In this document: piece by piece, positions 9,119 to 17,792 of the stretch
How the letters are laid out: each line of letters opens with the position of its first letter
Position numbering within the stretch: the first letter of the stretch is position 1
NCBI GenBank assembly: GCA_964361095.1
Contig: CAYHZA010000001.1
Coordinates: forward strand, 67,456-124,834
DNA: 57,379 bases
From: an uncultured Candidatus Saccharibacteria bacterium
GTDB taxonomy: Bacteria; Patescibacteriota; Minisyncoccia; UBA6257; 2-01-FULL-56-20
Reading direction: 5' to 3'
Position numbers and translations under genes: made by a program
The notes under the pieces: generated by a model
What the model was told of the DNA's origin: nothing
What the model saw: only the letters and a program-made list of their open reading frames with translations
The model's database searches: none

Positions 9119-10891
9119 ATGACCTCAGAAGTCAAAGTTTGTCAGAATTGTCGTGGCCAGTTCACGATTGAACCGGAAGACTTCAACTTCTACGAAAAAA
9201 TAAAAGTCCCACCGCCGACGTTTTGCCCGGAATGTCGGATGATACGACGGTTTATCTGGCGCAGTGATCATCATTTGTTTAGGCGGAAGGATGGCGCGTC
9301 CGATAAGGAAATTTTTTCCGGGTTTCACAAGGATGTTTCGGCCGCAATCTATGATCTTGATTATTGGAATTCGGACGCGTGGGATCCGATGCAATACGGG
9401 CGAGAATATGATTTTTCGCGTCCGTTTTTCGAGCAATTCAAGGAGTTCCTTTATACCGTGCCGTGGCCGGCAAAAAGCGTACAGCGCATGATAAATTCCG
9501 ATTATTGTGACCAGGCGGGAGGTTTTAAAAATTGCTATCTCTGTTTTTCCGCTGACGGAACCGAAAATTCCGCGTATATGGTTTTCGGGGGCATGTCCCG
9601 CGATTCTCTTGATTGCTATGAAGTGCGCGACAGTGAACTGTGTTATCAGGATGTTATGGTTGACGAAAGTTACCGAACATTCTTTTCGCTCGACTGTGAG
9701 AGTTGCACGGACGTATGGTTTTCTCGGGATTTGATCGGGTGTACGAACTGTTTTGGGTGCGTGGGGTTGCGAAGCAAGTCTTACTGCATATTCAACCAGC
9801 CCTACTCTCGCGAGGAATATATCGAAAAACTGAAGAGTTTCGGCTTGAATTCGCATAGCAATATCCAGGTTTTTAGGAAAAGAGCGTACGAGTTTTGGCT
9901 GAAGTTTCCCGTTAAATTTATTCACGGATTACAAAATGTAAACTCCACCGGGGAACACATGCACAATACCAAAAATGTCCATCATTCTTTCGACGTACAT
10001 GGCGGTGAGAACTTAAAATACTGCCAATTCATTGCGCCTCCCGCTTCAGATTCTTACGACTATTCAAATTGGGGCGTAGGCACTTCGCTGATGTATGAAT
10101 GTATGACATGCGGAGAAGGATGCAGTGAAATGAAGTTCTGTTTCGAATCGTGGCCGGGAAGCCGCGCTCTTGAATACTCCGCCTTTTGCCGTTCTTCCTC
10201 GGATCTTTTCGGATGCGTCAGTTTAAAGAAAAAACAATATTGCATTTTCAATAAGCAGTATTCCAAAGAGGAGTATTTCGCATTGCGGGAAAAAATTATT
10301 AAGCACATGAACGAAATGCCCTATACGGACGCGCGTGGCCATGTATATAAATACGGCGAATTTTTCCCGCAAGAATTTTCGCCCCTCGCGTATAACGAAT
10401 CGATTGCCAATGATTTTTTTAAACTTACGAAAGAAGAGGCGCTTGTCAAAGGATATACGTGGCGCGACGCGGAACCGCAGGAATATCAGACTACGAAAAA
10501 TGCGGTTGATCTCCCGGATACGATCGAAGAAGTTTTCGAGGATATTTTAAAAGACATCATTAAATGCGAACGATGCGGAAAGGCCTATCGGATTATTAAA
10601 ATGGAGCTGGATTTTTATCGGCGCATCGGTTTGCCTCTTCCGCACTTGTGTGTTCTTTGCAGATTTGAAGATCGCTTTAAATTCGTAAATCCGCCGAAAT
10701 TCTGGCACGCAAAATGTCACTGCGCAGGGCAAACAAGTGACCAGCAACAGGTGACAGGCGACAAGTATCAAAATACTGTGAGTCATTTCCATGGCACCGA
10801 TCGCTGCCTGAATGAGTTTGAGACGAGCTATGATCCAAAAAGGCCTGAGATTGTGTATTGTGAAAGTTGTTATCAGTCAGAAGTAGCATAA
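9119..10891 (+). CDS. Cys-rich multi-zinc-ribbon protein, array paralog P5
   Basis: 590 aa starting MTSEVKVCQNCRGQFTIEPEDFNFYEKIKVPPPTFCPECR. NCFGCVGLRSKSYCIFNQPY and LFGCVSLKKKQYCIFNKQY caps. C-terminal CERCGKAYRIIKMELDFYRRIGLPLPHLCVLCR and IVYCESCYQSEVA. Confidence 0.85.
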   Translation: MTSEVKVCQNCRGQFTIEPEDFNFYEKIKVPPPTFCPECRMIRRFIWRSDHHLFRRKDGASDKEIFSGFHKDVSAAIYDLDYWNSDAWDPMQYGREYDFSRPFFEQFKEFLYTVPWPAKSVQRMINSDYCDQAGGFKNCYLCFSADGTENSAYMVFGGMSRDSLDCYEVRDSELCYQDVMVDESYRTFFSLDCESCTDVWFSRDLIGCTNCFGCVGLRSKSYCIFNQPYSREEYIEKLKSFGLNSHSNIQVFRKRAYEFWLKFPVKFIHGLQNVNSTGEHMHNTKNVHHSFDVHGGENLKYCQFIAPPASDSYDYSNWGVGTSLMYECMTCGEGCSEMKFCFESWPGSRALEYSAFCRSSSDLFGCVSLKKKQYCIFNKQYSKEEYFALREKIIKHMNEMPYTDARGHVYKYGEFFPQEFSPLAYNESIANDFFKLTKEEALVKGYTWRDAEPQEYQTTKNAVDLPDTIEEVFEDILKDIIKCERCGKAYRIIKMELDFYRRIGLPLPHLCVLCRFEDRFKFVNPPKFWHAKCHCAGQTSDQQQVTGDKYQNTVSHFHGTDRCLNEFETSYDPKRPEIVYCESCYQSEVA

Positions 10892-10928
10892 TATTGTTTT
10901 CCGTTCTTCGGGGTGCTATAATTGAGCT

Positions 10929-11153
10929 ATGACCACCGTTACTATTCCGAAAGAATTAACTAAAAAAGGGGATCTCGTTGTAATTCCGAAGAGCGAATAT
11001 GAAGAGTTTTTGAAATTCCGCCGAGCGGTTAGAATTGCGGAACCGACCCGATCAGAAAAACGCGCCATCGAGCGTGGCAGAAAAGAACTGCGGGCAGGGC
11101 GTTTTATTTCTTGGGAAAAGTTAAAAAATGATTTGGCGCGTCGTTCTCGGTAA
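10929..11153 (+). CDS. type II antitoxin (small DNA-binding-type partner of the downstream RelE/ParE toxin)
   Basis: 74-aa ORF overlapping the downstream toxin ORF by 26 nt. The size and position are typical of an antitoxin. The family was not recognised. Confidence 0.55.
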   Translation: MTTVTIPKELTKKGDLVVIPKSEYEEFLKFRRAVRIAEPTRSEKRAIERGRKELRAGRFISWEKLKNDLARRSR

Positions 11154-11385
11154 TCATGCCGAGAAAAAGCTACGGCGTTTCCCTCGCAAAGAAAAACTGC
11201 GTATCGCGGAAACAATTGAGGCATTGCGATCCGCCCCTTTCGCGGGCGACGTGGTGAAGCTCGGGGGTATGGGAAATGCTTGGCGGTTGCGTGTCGGAAA
11301 CTATCGAATTATTTTCGAACTTTTCTCCAAGGAACGGATGCTTTTTATCTCCGAAATTGTGCGGAGAACAAGTGCCACTTATTAA
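11128..11385 (+). CDS. RelE/ParE-family type II toxin
   Basis: 85 aa. The core ...WRLRVGNYRIIFEL...ERMLFISEIVRR is typical of RelE/ParE toxins. Confidence 0.7.
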   Translation: MIWRVVLGNHAEKKLRRFPRKEKLRIAETIEALRSAPFAGDVVKLGGMGNAWRLRVGNYRIIFELFSKERMLFISEIVRRTSATY

Positions 11386-11415
11386 AGCACGAAACGGTCT
11401 GCTCGTTATTCTCTT

Positions 11416-13128
11416 ATGAAGCAAGAAACTAAAGCACATTCGCAAGACTCAGTGTCTCCGATTTGTCAGAACTGCAAAGGGCAATTTGTAATAGACGCTC
11501 AAGATTTTCAATTCTACGAAAAAATAAAGGTCCCGCCGCCCACGTTTTGTCCGCAATGTCGGCTTCAGCGGCGATTAGCACAGAGAAACGAGCGTTCGCT
11601 TTATAAAAGAAATTGCGGTCTCTGCGGGGAAAGTATTATTACAATGTATTCGCCCGACAAGCCGTTTAAGGTGTATTGTCCTGGGTGCTATTACTCCGAT
11701 AAATGGGATCCGAAAGAGTATGAACGCGACTACGATTTTTCACGCTCGTTTTTTGAGCAATTTAAGGAGCTTCAAGACAATATTCCGCACCTCTCGCTTC
11801 TTCAGGAAAATTCGGTCAATAGTCCGTGGATTAATTACGAACTGGACGACAAGAATTGTTATCTTAATTTTGGGGGTCACCTGAACGAAGATTGTGCGTA
11901 TAATCAATATGTTTTGAAATGCCGTGATTGCTTTGATAATTTTTGGATGATGAATGGTCAGTTTGTCTATGAATCTATTCTTTCTGAAAACTGTTATAAA
12001 ACCTTCCATTCGAAATTGTGTTTAGATTGCCGCGATACGTATTTTTCATTCGACTGCCGCAATTGCTCGAATATTTTTGGCTGTTCGGGATTGCGGCATA
12101 AGCAGTACCATATTTTTAATAAACCGGTCTCGAAGGAGGAGTTTGAAAAGTTTATAAAAGAGAATTCATTGGATTCCTATGTAAACATGGAAAAATTCAA
12201 AAACCAAGCCGATGACTTTTGGAAATCCCAGCCTCAGCGAGCCGTGTTTATTGATAAGTCGGTGAACAGTACTGGAAACTTGATCAAGGAATCGAAAAAC
12301 TGCGCTTCATGCTGGAATGCCGAAAGAACAGAAGATTCAAAATATATGGTATTTACACTCCAAGTGAAAGACGCGATGGACACCACTTCGGTATGGGGAG
12401 GGGAGCTTCTGTATGAGTTTATTGCCGGATCCGAGCAGCTTGCGAATATCAGGTTTACGATTGGCGCTCTTCGCGGACCCACTAACTTGGAGTATTGCCG
12501 TTTTATTTTTAATTCTCATAATTGTTTCGGATGCGTGAATATGAGAGATAAAAAGTTTTGTATTTTAAACAAACAATATTCAAAAGAGGAATATACGGAG
12601 CTCCGAGAAAAAATTATTGCCCATATGAATGCAATGCCATACATCGATCGAGCAGGCAGAAATTATCGATATGGTGAGTTTTTTCCGGTTGAACTTTCTT
12701 TGTTTGGCTATAACGAAACAGTAGCAAATGAATATTTCCCGCTTGAACGCGACGAAGTCCTGCGGCAGGGATTTCCGTGGAATGATTACGAGGCGGAGAA
12801 AACTTATCAATTTTCCGATTATAAGATTCCGGATAATATTCGTGACGCCAAAGACGATATTTTGGAAAAAGTTTTGAAATGCGAAATCTCTGGAAAGCCA
12901 TATCGGATAATCCCGATGGAGCTTGCGTTTTACCGCCGGTTTGGTTTGCCGATTCCACGCGCGGCTCCATTTGAACGGCATCGGGGACGTCTGCGGTTTA
13001 TCGCCGATCATTTGAAACTTCGCGATCGAACGTGTGATAAGTGCGGGAAGATAATTCAAAGTGTTTATACAAAAGAGGAATTTCCCCGTGTTTACTGCCA
13101 TGAGTGTTATATCAGCGAAGTAGCATAG
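11416..13128 (+). CDS. Cys-rich multi-zinc-ribbon protein, array paralog P6
   Basis: 570 aa starting MKQETKAHSQDSVSPICQNCKGQFVIDAQDFQFYEKIKVPPPTFCPQCR. Second ribbon CGLC..CPGC is present. Two CF/FGC..(L/M)R.K.. caps. C-terminal CDKCGK...VYCHECYISEVA. Confidence 0.85.
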   Translation: MKQETKAHSQDSVSPICQNCKGQFVIDAQDFQFYEKIKVPPPTFCPQCRLQRRLAQRNERSLYKRNCGLCGESIITMYSPDKPFKVYCPGCYYSDKWDPKEYERDYDFSRSFFEQFKELQDNIPHLSLLQENSVNSPWINYELDDKNCYLNFGGHLNEDCAYNQYVLKCRDCFDNFWMMNGQFVYESILSENCYKTFHSKLCLDCRDTYFSFDCRNCSNIFGCSGLRHKQYHIFNKPVSKEEFEKFIKENSLDSYVNMEKFKNQADDFWKSQPQRAVFIDKSVNSTGNLIKESKNCASCWNAERTEDSKYMVFTLQVKDAMDTTSVWGGELLYEFIAGSEQLANIRFTIGALRGPTNLEYCRFIFNSHNCFGCVNMRDKKFCILNKQYSKEEYTELREKIIAHMNAMPYIDRAGRNYRYGEFFPVELSLFGYNETVANEYFPLERDEVLRQGFPWNDYEAEKTYQFSDYKIPDNIRDAKDDILEKVLKCEISGKPYRIIPMELAFYRRFGLPIPRAAPFERHRGRLRFIADHLKLRDRTCDKCGKIIQSVYTKEEFPRVYCHECYISEVA

Positions 13129-13133
13129 CGTTC

Positions 13134-13162
13134 TTGCCTAAATAAGAATTTTGGGGTATAAC
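13134..13162 (+). promoter_or_regulatory. sigma70-type promoter upstream of cutA
   Basis: TTGCCT (13134-13139), a 17-nt spacer, then TATAAC (13157-13162), about 30 nt before ATG 13192. Confidence 0.45.
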
Positions 13163-13191
13163 TGAACAAAGGTCGTATTTGTATCATCACT

Positions 13192-13497
13192 ATGATATTT
13201 CTTTACGTACCCTGCAAAGACGTTGACGAGGCGAAAAAGATAGGCAGGAAGCTCATTGAACAGAAAGCCGCCGGTTGCGTGAATATCGCGCCGATCCATT
13301 CGATCTATCGGGAGGACGATAAAATTCGCGAGGTTTCCGAGGCGTCGCTTCTTATAAAGACGATCGACTCCAAAGTTCAGCAAGTGGAAGATATCGTGCG
13401 CGATATGCACAGTTACGCGGTTCCCTGCATCGCGTCCTTTGCCCTGCACCGTCTCAATCGCGAATATAAGGATTGGCTCGTGGGGTGTGTGGCATAA
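13192..13497 (+). CDS. cutA: divalent-cation tolerance protein CutA
   Basis: 101 aa. Layout typical of CutA1: ...AACVNI.P..S.Y......E..E..L..KT. Confidence 0.7.
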   Translation: MIFLYVPCKDVDEAKKIGRKLIEQKAAGCVNIAPIHSIYREDDKIREVSEASLLIKTIDSKVQQVEDIVRDMHSYAVPCIASFALHRLNREYKDWLVGCVA

Positions 13498-13570
13498 AAA
13501 CATTGCGATTTTGTGAGCCGTTTCCCGGAAGAGCGGCGAGTGTTTTATATATCGTTAAGAATTTTCTCAG

Positions 13571-15079
13571 ATGAAAATCGAACTCGTAAAAAAACTCGAT
13601 AAAGAAAGAGTGCCCGTGTTTTTAATAAAAGAAGGCGCGAAGGCGGAGCGGCATCCGTTTGCGAAATTTTTAAGCAAAGAGGATATTACGTACCTTCGCG
13701 CGTTTGAGGCAAAAATGCCCATAAAAACGGGGAGTACGAATATGATTTTTTTCCCGAGCGGTTCGCGGGTATTTATTTTAGGTGTTGAAGCGCGCGCGAA
13801 ATTTAATCACCGGAGAGCGATTCTCGCCGCGCGGCGCGCGGTTTCGTATGCGCGAAAAGAGCGGATAAAAGAAATTGTCGTGAATTTGGAAGATTTCGCG
13901 ACTCCTTTCGTGAAGGATTCGAAAGCGGTTGCGGAGCTCATCGCCACGCAATTCGAGCTCGCGAATTTTGAATTTATCGCCTACAAGACGGCACCTCCCG
14001 AAGGGTGGTCGTTTGTTGAGGGAGTATTTGTGGCATCGGAAAAAAACAGCAAGACGATCGTGGACGCGCTCTGTGCGGGGCAGATTATCGGGTGGGAGAT
14101 CAATTTGGCGCGCGATCTTTCAAACACACCCGGTGGCGATATGACCCCCGCTTCCTTAGCCGAGGCGGCAATACGGAGCGGAAAACAATGTGGGTTTAAA
14201 GTTTCCGTTTTAGAGAAGGAAGAGATGGAAAAACTTGGCATGGGAGGCGTGCTTGGCGTTGCAAAAGGCTCTTCCGAGTTGCCGAAGTTTATCGTGATGG
14301 AATATATGAAAGGAAAAAAATCCGAGAAACCCACAGTGCTTGTGGGAAAAGGAGTTACGTTCGACACCGGAGGGTTGAATTTGAAGCCCGAGCAGGGGAT
14401 TTATGAGATGCATATGGATATGACGGGAGGCGCGGGGGTAATTCATACGATTGCCGCGCTTGCGCGTCTTAAGGTAAAGAAAAATATTATCGGTCTCGTG
14501 CCCGCGGTGGAGAATATGCCGTCCGGCTCGAGCTATCATCCGGGAGATGTCTTAAGAACGATGTCCGGAAAGACGATCGAGATATTAAACACCGATGCCG
14601 AGGGGAGGGTGATCCTCGCGGACGCGCTTACCTATGCGCAAAGATATAATCCGCGGCTCGTGATCGATGTCGCAACGCTCACGAGTTCGGCGATGTCTGC
14701 CTTGGGTCAGCGCGCCTCCGCGCTTTTCGCGACAACTCCCGCGCTTATAAAATCGTTTCAAGAGTTCGGCGAGCGCACGGGGGATTACGTTTGGCCCCTA
14801 CCTCTTTGGGAAGAATACGAGGAGGATATTAAGGGGACGTTCGGAGATGTGACAAATAGCACGAAAAGCCGCTATGGGGGCGTCGTGACTGCCGCGGCGT
14901 TTCTTTGGCAGTTTATAAAAAATCCTCCCTCGAAAGTCTCGGGACATCCGCCTGCGGCTCCTGCTTGGGTGCACTTAGATATCGCGCCGCGGATGACCGC
15001 GATAGAGGGCGAATTTTTATCGAAGGGCGCCGTGGGCGCTTCGATCGCCCTTCTTACGGCTTTTTTGCGAAAGTTTTAA
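13571..15079 (+). CDS. pepA: leucyl aminopeptidase (M17)
   Basis: 502 aa containing the NTDAEGRVILADAL signature, VGKGVTFDTGG and a GGAG.. motif. Confidence 0.85.
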   Translation: MKIELVKKLDKERVPVFLIKEGAKAERHPFAKFLSKEDITYLRAFEAKMPIKTGSTNMIFFPSGSRVFILGVEARAKFNHRRAILAARRAVSYARKERIKEIVVNLEDFATPFVKDSKAVAELIATQFELANFEFIAYKTAPPEGWSFVEGVFVASEKNSKTIVDALCAGQIIGWEINLARDLSNTPGGDMTPASLAEAAIRSGKQCGFKVSVLEKEEMEKLGMGGVLGVAKGSSELPKFIVMEYMKGKKSEKPTVLVGKGVTFDTGGLNLKPEQGIYEMHMDMTGGAGVIHTIAALARLKVKKNIIGLVPAVENMPSGSSYHPGDVLRTMSGKTIEILNTDAEGRVILADALTYAQRYNPRLVIDVATLTSSAMSALGQRASALFATTPALIKSFQEFGERTGDYVWPLPLWEEYEEDIKGTFGDVTNSTKSRYGGVVTAAAFLWQFIKNPPSKVSGHPPAAPAWVHLDIAPRMTAIEGEFLSKGAVGASIALLTAFLRKF

Positions 15080-15164
15080 TTTTTTTGAATTTTCTTCTTC
15101 AAGGGGCGTTGTATTCGACGCTCGAATGGCGATATACTAAGAGTAGTTTGCACCTTCTTATCCT

Positions 15165-17078
15165 ATGGCTCAAATAACGAAACCAATGCCCCAAGACGTC
15201 GTGTATTTCGCGCGCACCGATTTTCGGAATACGAATCGGTTATTCGGCATAAAACGGAAGGATCGCCGCCAGCACATGTACGTTATGGGAAAAACGGGTA
15301 CCGGCAAAAGCGCGATGCTCCACAATATGATCGTGCAGGATATCGTAAACGGCGAAGGCGTGTGCGTCGTTGATCCGCACGGCGAACTCGTTGAAAGCGT
15401 ACTCTCAAAGATTCCCCAAGAGCGCATAAAAGACGTCATTTATTTCAATCCGGCCGATTCGGATTATCACTTAGGATTCAACCCCCTGGCATTGCAAGAT
15501 CAGAAATACAAGCACCTTGTCGCTTCGGGTCTTATGGCGATTTTTACGAAGATTTGGGCGAACGTCTGGTCCGCGCGCATGGAATACATTATGAACAACG
15601 CGATTCTCGCGTTACTCGAGACGCCGGGCACGACGCTTTTGGGCATCACGCGTATTTTGGTGGACAAAGACTATCGTCAGAAAATTGTCGCGAACGTCAA
15701 AGATCCGGTGGTAAAAGCGTTTTGGATTAACGAGTACGAACTGTGGCGGGATCAATTCAGAAATGAAGCGATCGCGCCTATTCAGAATAAAGTCGGCCAA
15801 TTCCTCTCCACCGCTTTGATCAGAAATGTTGTGGGGCAGTCGAAGAGTACGATCGATATGGCGGACATTATGAATACGAGGAAGATTTTCCTCGTGAATG
15901 TTTCGAAGGGGCGTATCGGCGAAGACAACTCCGCGCTTTTGGGGGCGATGCTTATTACGACGATTCAGCTCGCTGCGATGGAACGTGTGAGAATTCCCGA
16001 GGAGGAACGCGCGGATTTTTATCTTTATGTCGACGAGTTCCAGAATTTCGCGACCGATTCGTTCGCGGGCATTTTATCCGAGGCGAGAAAATACCGCCTG
16101 AATCTTGTTCTGGCGCATCAATACGTCGGGCAGTTGGTAACGGATGTTTCGACGAAGGTCAGGGACGCCGTGTTCGGCAACGTCGGTACGATGCTTATCT
16201 TTCGGGTCGGCGCCGCCGACGCGGAATTTTTGGAAAATGAATTTATCCCCGAACTGACGATACAGGATATCGTAAATCTCCCGAACTATTGCGTTTACTT
16301 AAAGCTTATGTGTGATGGAGTGACGAGCCGCCCGTTTTCCGCGGCAACGCTTCCTCCCTTTAAGATTCAAGCTTCGGCGGCGCATGTCGAGGAGATTATC
16401 GATTCTTCCCGTAGTCTCTACGCCAAGCCGCGGGAGGCGGTGGAAAAAGAAATTACGAATTGGAGCGGTATGATGGGCGATATGACCGAGGGTGAGTTTG
16501 CGGCGGCCCCCGTGCGCGAGCGAACCAGTGTTCCCGCGGGGGACGGAGTTAAGTACTCCGCGATTTGTTCTTCATGCGGCAAAACCACGCAATTGAACTT
16601 TAAACCGATGGAAGGCCGCCCAATCTATTGCCGTGACTGTTTGGCAAAAATAAAGTCCGGAGAAATGGCTCGCGTGAAGGTTGATCGGGTGGAAACGCCG
16701 AAAACCGAACGGAAGTACCTCTCTGATCTGGGGGCGTTGGGAATCGAGTTCGAAGTGCCTGCGGAGATGCGAGAAGTAGAGAGACCGCGTCACGAAAATG
16801 CAATGAGACAAGGGCCGGCGGGATTACAGCCACCTCGCGGCTTTACGGAGATGCCTTCTTCCCCTGCTCCCGAAGAGAAACCCTTTGTGTCGCTTGGTGA
16901 TCTGAAACAGACCGAAAAAGACAAAGAGAAAGAAAAGGACAGAACGGCAAAGCCGAAAAAACACCATGATGTTGATATCAACGAGTTGCGTGCCGCCGTG
17001 CAAGCCGCGTTAAAAACTTCTTCCGTAGCACCACCTCCCGAAATACATAGTCCGCATGATGAAGGGCAAGAAAATTAG
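15165..17078 (+). CDS. TraD/VirD4-like P-loop NTPase, paralog 2, with C-terminal CxxC..CxxC zinc ribbon and a low-complexity tail
   Basis: 637 aa with Walker A GKTGTGKSA, FYLYVDEFQN and AHQYVGQL. Collinear with 45..1529. Extra C-terminus CSSCGKTTQLNFKPMEGRPIYCRDC (16566-16640), followed by a Lys/Glu/Pro-rich tail. Confidence 0.8.
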   Translation: MAQITKPMPQDVVYFARTDFRNTNRLFGIKRKDRRQHMYVMGKTGTGKSAMLHNMIVQDIVNGEGVCVVDPHGELVESVLSKIPQERIKDVIYFNPADSDYHLGFNPLALQDQKYKHLVASGLMAIFTKIWANVWSARMEYIMNNAILALLETPGTTLLGITRILVDKDYRQKIVANVKDPVVKAFWINEYELWRDQFRNEAIAPIQNKVGQFLSTALIRNVVGQSKSTIDMADIMNTRKIFLVNVSKGRIGEDNSALLGAMLITTIQLAAMERVRIPEEERADFYLYVDEFQNFATDSFAGILSEARKYRLNLVLAHQYVGQLVTDVSTKVRDAVFGNVGTMLIFRVGAADAEFLENEFIPELTIQDIVNLPNYCVYLKLMCDGVTSRPFSAATLPPFKIQASAAHVEEIIDSSRSLYAKPREAVEKEITNWSGMMGDMTEGEFAAAPVRERTSVPAGDGVKYSAICSSCGKTTQLNFKPMEGRPIYCRDCLAKIKSGEMARVKVDRVETPKTERKYLSDLGALGIEFEVPAEMREVERPRHENAMRQGPAGLQPPRGFTEMPSSPAPEEKPFVSLGDLKQTEKDKEKEKDRTAKPKKHHDVDINELRAAVQAALKTSSVAPPPEIHSPHDEGQEN

Positions 17079-17733
17079 ATTTGATATCGTTACGATTTTT
17101 CCGAACATATTCGACTCCTATCTCAAGGAATCGCTTTTTAAGCGCGCGCAAAAAACAGGGATCATTGACGTGCATATGGTAAACCTCCGCGATTTCGCGG
17201 AAGGGAAACGGAGAATATCGGGTGATGATCTCCGTCGGACCGTTGACGACAAGCCATTTGGCGGCGGGGCGGGAATGGTATTGAAATTTGAACCAATAGA
17301 GGCGGTGGTACGAGCTTTAAGAAAAAAATCAAAGGGGAAAACGCGCGTTATACTTTTTTCTACACGTGGGAAAAAATTGGACGCAAGCGTCGCGAAGCGT
17401 CTTGCAAAATATGACGAAATTATTTTGCTTTGCGGGCGGTACGAAGGCGTGGACGAACGTGTGGCGGAACATATCGCGGACGAGGAAATTTCGATAGGTG
17501 ACTACATACTCTCGGGAGGGGAACTTCCGGCGATTGTTTTAATAGAAGCAGTGAGCCGCTTTATCCCGGGATTTCTGGGGAAGTACGAATCGCTTGAAGA
17601 CGTAAAAGGATCGTATCCTGTCTATACGCGACCGGAGGTTGTGAAAGTCGGAAAGAAGAAAATAGAAGTGCCCTCTGTACTGCTTTCGGGCAACCATAAA
17701 AAGATAGATGAATGGCGGAAAAGCAAGCGTTAA
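17056..17733 (+). CDS. trmD: tRNA (guanine37-N1)-methyltransferase
   Basis: 225 aa. FDIVTIFPNIF..Y...S...RA, GGGAGMV, LLCGRYEGVDERV and GDY.LSGGE are canonical TrmD motifs. Confidence 0.9.
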   Translation: MMKGKKIRFDIVTIFPNIFDSYLKESLFKRAQKTGIIDVHMVNLRDFAEGKRRISGDDLRRTVDDKPFGGGAGMVLKFEPIEAVVRALRKKSKGKTRVILFSTRGKKLDASVAKRLAKYDEIILLCGRYEGVDERVAEHIADEEISIGDYILSGGELPAIVLIEAVSRFIPGFLGKYESLEDVKGSYPVYTRPEVVKVGKKKIEVPSVLLSGNHKKIDEWRKSKR

Positions 17734-17762
17734 TACCGCTAGAAGCTTTGTTTCTAACGGGA

Positions 17763-17792
17763 TTGACAAAATAGTATTTTACGTGGTATAAT
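17763..17792 (+). promoter_or_regulatory. strong sigma70 promoter with extended -10
   Basis: TTGACA (17763-17768), an 18-nt spacer ending in TGG, then TATAAT (17787-17792). It is followed by a leader of about 100 nt before ATG 17895. Confidence 0.6.

Noticed and set aside
9125-9925. 266-aa minus-strand ORF, and similar long antisense ORFs at 12580-13101, 22383-23238, 23124-23971, 37011-38168, 29510-31357, 56481-57014 and elsewhere
   Set aside because: All lie antisense within strongly supported, motif-bearing genes. They have low-complexity or Arg/Ser/Pro-rich translations typical of shadow frames.
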